From contig NC_091479.1 in assembly GCF_036971445.1 (NCBI RefSeq), forward strand, positions 80,786,001 through 80,850,000: a stretch of 64,000 nt of DNA, read 5' to 3'. Source of the DNA: Narcine bancroftii (Eukaryota). The first letter of the stretch is position 1; each line of letters begins with the position of its first letter. Positions 55,301 to 64,000 of the stretch are shown here, piece after piece. The translations under genes were made by a program, and so were the position numbers. Below the pieces are notes generated by a model. It saw only the letters and a program-made list of their open reading frames with translations. It was not told the DNA's origin and made no database searches.

Positions 55301-58300
55301 CCATTTACCTTTCAGGCGCCAAAGCATGGTGAACTTTGTAAATGTTGCATTCTGTGCACAGTGTGGGAGTTGCCTGCAACTGGTGAACTTGGAGGAATGA
55401 GGGGAGTTTGGATTGTGAACCAGGGAACTTTTTTGAACTTGTACGCATATTATATGCATGTGCGCTTGGAGTTGGAAGGGGGTTAAGTCAGGTTAGTTGA
55501 GTCAGTAGTGATGAGTTGAAGTGTGGTTCTGTTTTCGTGTTTAAAAATGATTGAAAGTAACTTTTGTAAAAAGTAAAAAAAAAATGGTGTAACTAATCAT
55601 TATTATGACAAGCAAATCTGTTTCATTTAAGATGCAAAAATGTAATATTGCAATAAAACCTAAATATTGCAAAAACTGGTTTGTCCTGAAAATTATGGTT
55701 TTCATTCTCAATAAACTATGCACCCACAGCACAAGAATGTCCAAATTTAAAAGTACAAGATAATTTTGCAACCGACTTTATACTGGAAATACTCTGGATA
55801 CAAAGACTCTGGAAAGATCCAAAAGAACACGTGGCCAATTTGGAATTATTTCACAAATGAGTCATTGATGAATGACTGATACCTGTACTGCTTTCTCGTC
55901 CATTGGCTTAAACTTGCTGTGAATCTTGTACCGTGGACGTTTCTGCAAAGTGGACTCATCTACACCAGTGAAAATTGAAACATAATCCTGAAGTCTGTCA
56001 GGTGCAGGATACTTTGCACTGGAAAACACCTGTAAAAGACAAATATATACTAAGCAAAACAAATCAGCAGTAATACTGTGCAGTATATAACAGATGGTAG
56101 CATATTGAGGAACCAGTAAGGGAAAAGATTATTTTAGAAAGAGTATTGTGTAACAAGAATAAGCTAATGACGATCTAGTACAGGGGTGGCCAAACATTTT
56201 TGGTCGTGAGCCACATATAGAAAAATGTAATGAGTCGCGGGCCAAACATTATGCTTGGCAGTTTTCAACCACCTTTAACAGGCTATTTAAAGCCAGTGCG
56301 GAGCCAGAGACAGTCAGACTTTGGGGGTGGGGGCTTTGGACCCCGTGAGGGAGCACAGAGACTTCGTTTCCTGCTCTCTGTTACAGCAGCGCTGCCATTT
56401 TTTTTTCACTAATGGGCCACTCAAAATGGGCCTCAGGCTGCAAATGGCTGGGGGCCATAGTTTGGCCACCTCTGATCAAGTACTTAATGGGGCTTTAGGG
56501 AACATTGATCAGAATATGATAGAATTTTTCACAAAGATTACAGACTTTTTCTTTACAAAAAGACAAATAAAACGACCCCTCCCCCTTTCACATTATAAAT
56601 CCAGACACTAAAAATTCTATATGGGAAAGTCACTTGTATTTATACTTCAGCAGCATTTATTATTATTCTTTTTATTATATTCATAATTACAATTGGGACC
56701 CTAGATGATCCAAATATGGTTGCCATATCTTAATAAATGTCATTATTTGTTCCTTAAGTTATGTGTAATTTTTTCCATATATATATTCATCTCAGTAATC
56801 CAGGGAAACTACATTTAAAAGCAGGACAGTTTCAGTAAAAGCCAACATTTAAAGAACTAATAATAGTTAAGTTTTGTATACCTTTAGGCAAAAAAAACAG
56901 GTAAAGTAAATCAGATTTGACTATTGACAGAATTTGTGGATTGTTAGATTAAGGGAAAAAGTTTATAAAACCAAAAGCAGCAAAACCTGAAGATTGGGAA
57001 AATTCAAAATACAAAGGGGAAAACTGAACTCACGGGATTGGAAAAGCGATTCAAGAGTAGGCTGGTGAGAAACAAGCAGATTGCAGTTATATTTCATTTA
57101 TCATGACCTTGGCATTCCTGGCAAGGCCAGCATTCATTCTCCATCCCTAATTGGAGTGCAGATTCAATTGTTCTTTTTCCAATTTTGGATTGAAAATATC
57201 AGAACATCTAAATTCAAATCATGCAATAGAATGTGATCATATGTGATCATTTTTTTCCCAAATTAAATGGCACCATGTTTTCATAAAGTCAGTTTCAAAT
57301 CACATTTACTCAAAGAAAATAATGAATTCAGCCCTTACTTTAGTTGCTTTCTTGCTGCCTTTAATTTTCTTGATCTTAGCTTGTGCCAGATTGATCCGTT
57401 CACTGATGGACCTCAAGCGAGTTTGGTTACTTTCCACATTTTGGGAAACCCTGTAATGTGACATCCTGTTAAGATTTTCTTCTACAAGGTCAAACACCAT
57501 TGTGAAAATGTAATTACCACGTCTTAATTTCAATGGATGAAGTTAATGCAAAGATAGTTAGATAGATTCAAATTGGATGGACAGAATGTTCCCTCCACCA
57601 TCAGACTCCTCAGCAACAAACTCAATCAGAGAGTTGTTTAAGGACTCTTACGTGCACTTTATGGATTTAAAAAATTCTCTCTGTATTGCAGTCAGTTTGC
57701 TTACATCCGTTTTCTGTTTACAGTTCTTTATCTGTTTACATGTTTATGCTGTGTATGGACAGTTTTTTTTTTGCACGATCAATTCGTGGAAATTCTGCTT
57801 TGCCTGCAGGAAAAGGAATTTCAGGGTTGTATGTGATGTCATGTATGTGCTCTGACCATAAATCTGAAATCTGGGGAACACATTTTACAAGCAGCTTCTC
57901 AGAGGGGTCTATAGTTCAGGAGGCAACTGTTTTCTGCAGACAGGTTGAGAAGTTACGGATGGAACCAGAAAAGTCAGAATAGTTACTCTCGAGGAGACCA
58001 TTGAGATAAAAGTGACCAAGCTACAGGGAAGATAAATTCTGAGAAAGTGTGTTAAAAGGTAGATAAACTATTACAACAGCATGTTTGACCTAATGCCATT
58101 GGATTAATCATTTCATTCCTCATTACAGCATTGTCTCTGCTCCATCCTCAACATTCATTGGAGCGACTTCATCCCTAACATCAAAGTACTCGAGATGGCA
58201 GAGGCCGACAGCATCGAATCCACACTGCTGAAGATCCAACTGCACTGGGTAGGTCACGTCTCCAGAATGGAGGACCATCGCCTTCCCAAGATCGTATTAT

Positions 58301-61054
58301 ATGGCAAGCTCTCCACTGGCCACCGTGACAGAGGTGCACCAAAGAAGAGGTACAAGGACTGCCTAAAGAAATCTCTTGGTGCCTGCCACATTGACCACTG
58401 CCAGTGGGCTGATATCGCCTCAAACCATACATCTTGGCGCCTCACAGTTCGGCGGGCAGCAACCTCCTTTGAAGAAGACCACAGAGCCCACCTCACTGAC
58501 AAAAGACAAAGGAGGAAAAACCCAACACCCAACCCCAACCAACCAATTTTCCCTTGCAACCGCTGCAACCGTGTCTGCCTGTCCCGCATCGGACTTGTTA
58601 GCCACAAACGAGCCTGCAGCTGACGTGGACATTACCCCTCCATAAATCTTCGTCCGCGAAGCCAAGCCAAAGAAGACAGCATATTATATGTTGAATTTCA
58701 ATCACTTTTGGTGCCGTATACAATAAAAAAAGATTTACAGGTACAAGGTTCACAAACTTTGCAAATGAAGTTTGAGGTTTTCCGCTTGGGTACAATATAA
58801 AATATAAGTGACGAGAACTTGTAAACCTGTCTGCAGAAGCTTGCACAAAACCCGAAAATCTAAACTCCACTAGGTGCAACACAATAAGAAATAAGATGCA
58901 ATACTCTCCGTCCAGCCACAAGTGCAGCTTCAAAGACCTCAATAGTCAACTTTATTCAGAGTAACTCAATTCAACTGAAGGCAGTCCACTATTTATGTGC
59001 TCGACCAAATTGCATAGGCTAAGATTGGTGCGGAAGCTCATTAAATAACAGAAGGGATAGTAACCCTTGGGGGGGGGGGGGGGGGAGTACAAATTAGTGC
59101 CAATGGTGCTATGAATAGTTAACATTGCAATGTACAGTAACAATGAAACTATGAACATTGCAGATCTTGCATATAAAAATCTAACTGACACCATAATTTA
59201 ACTGAACCTGGAGAGGGGGTGCTGGGAGAAGAGGCCTTATGAATGTTTTTCTACGTTATTATATTAATTGAGTACTATATTCTGTATTTTCTTGAAACTT
59301 AAATAAAATATTCAAAAACCCTCACTCCTATTGTGACTGGTACATGTAGAAGGCAACATAATTTATCTCTGATACATCTTGGTTTTAAACATTACTTCCT
59401 TTCTTTTTTCTTAATGTCTCTTCTGAGTCTCTGCAACTGAGAAGAGGTCCTTCATTCCCAATTGTTACTTTCATTGAAATCAACTGAAATCAACCACTTG
59501 ACCACTTCTCAGACAACAGGACCATTCAGCTTGTGCCCATTCCCCTTTTCAACTTTTGGTCAATATTCCTTTAGACAAATACAGTCATGTGCAAATTAAG
59601 TCTCTTAAATTTGACGAGGGTTTCTGCTTCCACAATCTTTTTCTTGAGAAACTGAGGAGAGTCTCTAATCTAGTGTATAGTCTCCTCATGATGCAAACCT
59701 AACAGGATGACTGGAAGAGAGCACATCAGTTCTCAGTGAAGTACTACTGGATCATTTTAATTCAGCGTTGTAAAACTGGAAATGGGAAAAGTTTCCTGTA
59801 AATTTCTCTAAAAAGAAAATAATGACTTTTATGGTTCTACCAATTAACATATACCTATGTCAATTAGTTGGGTTAGAAATGGATTCTTTCTGTTCACTTA
59901 GCCTGGGTTCAATATTATACTATCTCCATCACACCACTATGAGAAACATAGATCCAAGTTAGTTGGGTATTGAGCAGTATCCATGTTCTCAGGTATACAA
60001 GAACATAGGAAGCACTCTTATACCAATCCATTGCTTGTGGTTGAAACATTATCTGAGTAGCCTTTATCTATCTGAATTTCTCCTGAAATGTATCTCATTA
60101 ATCTACAATTTGATCAAATCTAGCACCTATTCAATTTTCTTTGTAATCTTCCATTTGTTTTTTGTTTCCTAACACAATCAATGAAATACCTTCCTTCTCA
60201 TGAATCTTTCAACATCTCTCCCATCTAAAAAATATACTCTGAATATCAGTAAAGATCAATGCTATCAATCCAGGCAATCTAATTTTTCTTGCAACATCCA
60301 GCATACCAACTGTACCCTTCATAACCATTTACTCCATCTTTTGTCCCTGACCTGGACAAACCAATTCATACACAAGCAATTTTTTGTATACTAAGTTTAT
60401 GTCTTCAAACGGCCACATTAAAGACCATTATCCATCAGCTTTCAGCCTCTGGGCATCATTCTTCCATTCCTTTGCATCAGAGAGAAGGCTTTTCAGCTAA
60501 CGACCTCCAGTTTTCTCCCTAAACTCATCTGTAGAAGTCTCATTAACCCCACTGTTATGACACATTCTTTATTAAAGACTCAATAATCATTCTTTCACCT
60601 TTACATGCTTAAAAAAAATTGAAAAATACTTTGATTTATAATTTTATCCTACGTTAAAATGTTCCACATCACTTCACATGCAATTGTGTAATTTTGAAGT
60701 ATATTCTCTCTATTGTAAGGATTTTGGACAATTTATGCATAGAATAATCAACAGATCATGGGTTTTAGACTGAGTGATGAATATTGGCCATGACACCCAG
60801 GCTAATTTGCTGTATGGGCAGAACTGAATACATGTAAATAATAATTGTTATGCTCTACAAAAGCTATCAAAAGTATCACCAAGAAATCTATTTAGAGACT
60901 TTCAAGACCCATACCTAGTAAACACATCATTGGAGATTTTCTGTAAATATTGAAGGGCATCGCTGATCTGGTGAATGGCTTCCTCACGACGCAAGTCTGA
61001 CTGGATGATTGGAACAGTGTATACCTGTCCTTCAGTGAAGCACTTCTGCATCAT
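37190..61054 (-). CDS. WASHC1: WASH complex subunit 1 (WASH1), complete, 10 coding exons, 469 aa
   Basis: complement(join(37190-37356,37726-37794,38550-38711,41304-41438,43119-43323,44813-44948,46439-46575,55883-56029,57339-57450,60915-61054)) = 1410 nt, GT-AG introns with consistent phases. WHD1/WHD2, polyproline, WH2 ([13 protein letters not shown]), central ([11 protein letters not shown]) and acidic (EDDDDWEA*) motifs present. Confidence 0.96.
37726..37794 (-). CDS. WASHC1: WASHC1 coding exon 9 (central region)
   Basis: tgtag|(G)[22 protein letters not shown]|gtata. Confidence 0.94.
37939..38239. mobile_element. Tc1/mariner-type MITE
   Basis: TIR caggttgtacct / aggtacaacctg with TA on both sides. 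Confidence 0.75.
38550..38711 (-). CDS. WASHC1: WASHC1 coding exon 8 (WH2)
   Basis: ggaag|(D)[36 protein letters not shown]...QKEQEQ|gtatt. Confidence 0.94.
39310..40541. mobile_element. 5'-inverted, internally deleted L1 (~1.2 kb)
   Basis: EN N-terminus on minus (39310-39512), EN continuation and ORF2 C-terminus on plus, A-rich tail; TSD aaaggatctcagctca 39294-39309 / aaagcatctcagctca 40542-40557. Confidence 0.8.
41304..41438 (-). CDS. WASHC1: WASHC1 coding exon 7 (polyproline)
   Basis: ttcag|(D)[44 protein letters not shown]|gtttgt; donor chosen to keep frame with the next exon. Confidence 0.85.
41490..42800 (-). mobile_element. Old Penelope-like remnant with a nested short repeat (~42330-42500)
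   Basis: Degenerate reverse-complement similarity to the two plus-strand Penelope-like copies; limits approximate. Confidence 0.4.
43119..43323 (-). CDS. WASHC1: WASHC1 coding exon 6
   Basis: ttcag|[46 protein letters not shown]...NGP|gtaac. Confidence 0.96.
44813..44948 (-). CDS. WASHC1: WASHC1 coding exon 5
   Basis: gcag|[18 protein letters not shown]...[14 protein letters not shown]|gtaaa. Confidence 0.95.
46439..46575 (-). CDS. WASHC1: WASHC1 coding exon 4
   Basis: tttag|EKAKLYPVC...[25 protein letters not shown](P)|gtagg. Confidence 0.95.
47350..48298 (+). mobile_element. Penelope-like element remnant
   Basis: Homologous to 20165-21190 ([24 protein letters not shown]); ends in the gacctgctgag...ctccagca terminal repeat. 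Confidence 0.7.
48300..48590 (-). mobile_element. Rex1/Babar-like LINE 3' fragment; related pieces at ~44190-44680 (-), ~53840-54100 (+), ~57580-57870 (+)
   Basis: [23 protein letters not shown]...[17 protein letters not shown], typical of this clade's C-terminus. Confidence 0.6.
48736..49790 (-). mobile_element. Solo LTR, copy 2
   Basis: Terminal inverted repeat TGTGATGG...CCATCACA, perfect 4-bp TSD cagg (48732-48735 / 49791-49794), ATTAAA on minus at 48820-48815. Confidence 0.85.
50480..51150 (+). mobile_element. CR1-like LINE fragment
   Basis: [26 protein letters not shown] and upstream degenerate RT motifs. Confidence 0.55.
54772..55582 (+). mobile_element. Polyadenylated retrocopy of the same LTR family, A-to-G hypermutated; contains an N gap
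   Basis: Reverse-complement homology to both solo LTRs, lacks both LTR termini, A tail ~55568-55584, TSD aatggtgtaact 54760-54771 / 55583-55594. Confidence 0.8.
54831..54993. other. Assembly gap
   Basis: Run of N at the position where LTR copy 1 has its (CT/AG)n microsatellite. Confidence 0.99.
55883..56029 (-). CDS. WASHC1: WASHC1 coding exon 3
   Basis: tacag|[16 protein letters not shown]...MDEKAVQ|gtatc. Confidence 0.95.
56181..56474. mobile_element. hAT MITE
   Basis: TIR caggggtggccaaac / gtttggccacctctg; 8-bp TSD atctagta / atcaagta. Confidence 0.8.
57339..57450 (-). CDS. WASHC1: WASHC1 coding exon 2
   Basis: tacag|[37 protein letters not shown]|gtaag. Confidence 0.95.
58132..58675 (+). 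mobile_element. RTE-clade non-LTR retrotransposon, 5'-truncated, same family as 21506-22013
   Basis: Near-identical ORF C-terminus and tail; TSD acagcat 58125-58131 / 58676-58682. Confidence 0.88.
59635..59795 (-). pseudogene. Decayed duplicate of WASHC1 coding exon 1 (pseudoexon)
   Basis: Reads MIQ*YFTE...[25 protein letters not shown] versus the real MMQKCFTE...[26 protein letters not shown]; the upstream acceptor region also aligns. Confidence 0.8.
60915..61054 (-). CDS. WASHC1: WASHC1 coding exon 1
   Basis: [46 protein letters not shown](R)|gtatg; acceptor just upstream of the ATG. Confidence 0.93.
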
Positions 61055-62149
61055 TTTAAATCAATGCTGTAAAACTGAAAAGAAAAGTTAATTACCATAT
61101 TTCCTTTTAACACAGGAGACCAATTCAGTCCTTTAATTGTAATTAATTCACCTCTCACGAGAAATCTGAAAACTATTTTCTCCAAATACCCATCAATCTT
61201 CCCCCAAATTTCTACCACATCTACACAGTTGCCAATTAGCTGAGCAATTCATTTCCTTCCAATCTTTACACTTTGAGAGGAAACCCAAGAATCTGTCAAA
61301 AGTCCACAATAGCTACAGAGAGAACATGCAAACTACACAAAGACAGCACTGGGACAGAATTGATTGGGCCAGGATCATTGGAATGCGAGGCTATGCCACG
61401 ATCAAGGTGCAGCCGTGTGGATTTTAATTAGAATAACAACTATTCAAGTTTTCATTTAACAGAAAACTTGATTTCTGAGCTGTGCAACAAATTTATATCA
61501 AGATCAGAGGTCCTAAATGCTTGACGATTTCTAAAGAACACCCAAATGCAAATACATAACCATTTCCAACTTGCATAATACACATCAGCTGAATCCACTA
61601 CTTAAATACCCAGTTCTTTCCTATGGTTAAAAAAAAAGCCCTCAGATGCTGGAAAGCTGGAGTAACACACAAAATGTTGGAGGAACTTAGTGGGTCAGAC
61701 AAGGTCCATAGAAAGCAACAGATGGTCAACATTTCAGGCTAAAACCCTTAATCGGAAATAACAAGTATAGTTCTTTCATGTGACCAAGAAACATTCACCA
61801 ACATCACTGGGGTTTGGCGCCGGGGATGGGGAGCGGGGATCGCTGCCAAGAACTGGGGAGGGGGGTTGGTGCTGTTAAGAGGTGCCAGAGCACCAACCTG
61901 GCCAGCGGGTGCCCGCATTCAACCTTCCAGACCCAGGGCTCGGGGATCAACTGTTGAATCCAATACACAAAAGTGCTGGAGAAACTCAGCAGGTCACGCC
62001 GCATCTCTAGGAAGCAATAAGTAAACAATGTTTCGGGCGTGAAACATAAGTTAGCCTTTATTTCCTATGGACGTGGCGGGACGCGCTGAGTCTCTCGGTC
62101 ACTTTTGTGCATTCCATTCTCCCCCAGCGTTTGCAATTCATCTGTTGAA

Positions 62150-62620
62150 CCGAGTCAGCTTTCTTTCTGCGCCTGCGCAGACACCCGAGGCCTGCCGGCA
62201 ACTTGCGCAAACACCCGGGGCCTGCCGGCAACTTGCGCAAACACCCGGGGCCTGCCGGCAACTTGCGCAAACACCCGGGGCCTGCCGGCAACTTGCTCGC
62301 GCCGACATCGTTCACTTGTGAAGCTGGGTCAGGTGCTTGTGACCTCGATGCCGCGGTCCACCCAACCGCCCCCACGCAACCCCATAATCGCTCAATCAAT
62401 TCCCTCCAGCCCCACATCGACCTTCCATCATCTCACCTCAGGAAATGATCCGGCGCCTGCGCACCACCGTACACAGTGTGCGCATGCACCTGCCCGCCAC
62501 CACCACCGGACACGGTGTGCGCATGCGCCTGCCCTTGCCCGGTGAAACTTGGCTCCGCCGCTCTCTCGATCCACCGGCCCGGGATCTCCGCGCCCTCCCT
62601 TGTCCCTGCCGGATGAACTT
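62150..62620 (-). promoter_or_regulatory. WASHC1: WASHC1 CpG-island promoter and probable non-coding first exon (donor at 62437/62436)
   Basis: CpG-rich; minus-strand donor GAG|GTGAGA at 62437; NRF1-like motifs TGCGCATGCGC (~62518), TGCGCATGCAC (~62479) and GCGCCTGCGCA (~62453, ~62169). Confidence 0.65.
62181..62296. repeat. 30-bp GC-rich tandem repeat, about 3.9 copies
   Basis: (acacccgRggcctgccggcaacttgcgcaa)n, units nearly identical. Confidence 0.95.
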
Positions 62621-63774
62621 CTTCTCATTGCTCCTTGGATTGATTTGTAATTATTATACGCATTTCTTTTTATTTTTGAGTAGAAGCCCTTCTGGCCCAT
62701 CAGCCCGTGTCTCCCAAATGCCCGTCCCCCGGTTAACCCACAGGCCCCGCCCGGTACGTTTTGAAGGGTGGGGAAAACCCACGCAGACACCGGGGTTTGG
62801 TGGGGGGGGGGGGGTGAAGAGAACGTGCAAACTCCTTATAGACAGCGCGGGATTCGAACCCAGTCGTTGTGCTGGCCACTATACGAATTGTGCTTTTGGC
62901 TCCTGTTAATTTCGCATGATAATTTAAATCACAACTTCCTAGTTCAAAATCTGTTACTTTGAACATTTCTACCAGATCATTGAGAAAAGGCCACACATTT
63001 TCTCAATAGAAATCTCATCAACATCTCTGCTTTGGTATTGAAACTATTTGTTAAAAGGCTGTTGGGCACTACCAGTTGTCCCAATGACAAAGACTGCGGG
63101 GAACAATAGGCTTTATTGTACAGAAGACTTAAGCTGGCAAGGAAAGTGCTTAGAAGGGAAAAGTGGTCTGACCATAATGGCCTGGGTCCCAGGGGAGGAG
63201 TCCAGGTGAGAGTGTCATCAGGGGGCGGGCCATTACAATGCTTGTATAGCTTTTTTTAATGAAGACCAGGCCTGTTCACTATTCCAAATGTAGTCTAAAT
63301 AAATGTGATGTTTAAACCCAGTAGGGCTACTCTGCTTTTGGAATCAGAGTAGCTATGAGATTGATAGATACCATTTGGTTCATTAAATCTGTCCTATTTG
63401 AGAAAGAGCTATCCAACCTAATCGTGAAGTTTTACAGATGGTATTAAATTAAGGGGAACGCACCAGGCCTGAGGATTGGGATAATTTTTGAAGTCAGCAA
63501 AGAGTCAATCAAGAAATTGATAAGAAATGAAATGAAGTTGGAATAAGCTGGCAAGAAACAAAAATTGTGCTACCAGGCCATCCATGGGTCTACAAAAAAA
63601 TAAACTCGCAAGAGCAAATAAAAGAGATGGAAGAATTTGTGTCTGTCTTTGAGTAAGGGAAAGAAAATCTACCAGACAACAAAGAGTCAAATGAGGATAA
63701 GAAACTAAAGGAAATTATGAGTAAAAAGTAGAATATTGGATAAGTTGGCTTAAGTGAGACCATACCGTGAATGT

Positions 63775-63990
63775 TTTTTTAGATATACAGCACAGTAACA
63801 AGCCCTTTTGGCCCTCTAGCCCGTGCCACCCAGTAGACCTACAACCACAGTGTGTTTTAAATGGTAGGAAGAAACAGGAGCACCCAGAGGAAACCCACGC
63901 AGACACAGGGAGAACATACAAACTCCTTACAGACAGCGCCGGATTCGAACCCCAGTTGCTGGCACTGTAACGGCATCGCACCAACAAATG
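63775..63990 (-). mobile_element. tRNA-derived V-SINE (HE1-like); related copies at ~62680-62890, ~9740-9925, ~61200-61410
   Basis: B-box GGTTCGAATCC on minus and V-domain-like core gagtttgtatgttctccctgtgtctgcgtgggtttcctc. Confidence 0.7.
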
Positions 63991-64000
63991 CACGAACCTG

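Noticed and set aside
62181-62296. CRISPR-like array
   Set aside because: Head-to-tail tandem repeat with no unique spacers, in a vertebrate locus with no cas genes
62058-62909. ORFs of 119-154 aa near the WASHC1 promoter
   Set aside because: Arise from the 30-bp repeat, CpG island and SINE; no homology recognised
63930-63990. tRNA gene
   Set aside because: B-box present, but it is the degenerate head of a SINE without a full cloverleaf

Overview
Vertebrate genomic DNA, most likely an elasmobranch (shark or ray), inferred from HE1/V-SINE-like, Penelope-like, Rex/Babar and CR1 repeats. It holds three genes. (1) The 5' end of FBXO7 on the minus strand; its first coding exon (1240-1361) is missed by the ORF track. 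(2) A complete 12-exon RTCB tRNA-splicing ligase on the plus strand (5405-34401, 505 aa), head-to-head with FBXO7. (3) A complete WASHC1 with 10 coding exons on the minus strand (61054-37190, 469 aa), tail-to-tail with RTCB. The introns are rich in transposons: a full-length decayed LINE-1 with TSD, a 5'-inverted L1, two RTE 3' ends, two solo LTRs, and hAT and Tigger elements. There are two N gaps. The most notable observation is a third copy of the LTR family (54772-55582) that ends in poly(A), is flanked by a 12-15 bp TSD, and carries dense strand-specific A-to-G changes that spare A after G. It looks like an ADAR-hyperedited LTR transcript retroposed by LINE-1. A decayed duplicate of the first WASHC1 coding exon also lies in the next intron. 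All identifications come from reading the sequence and recalling the human proteins; no database search was run.
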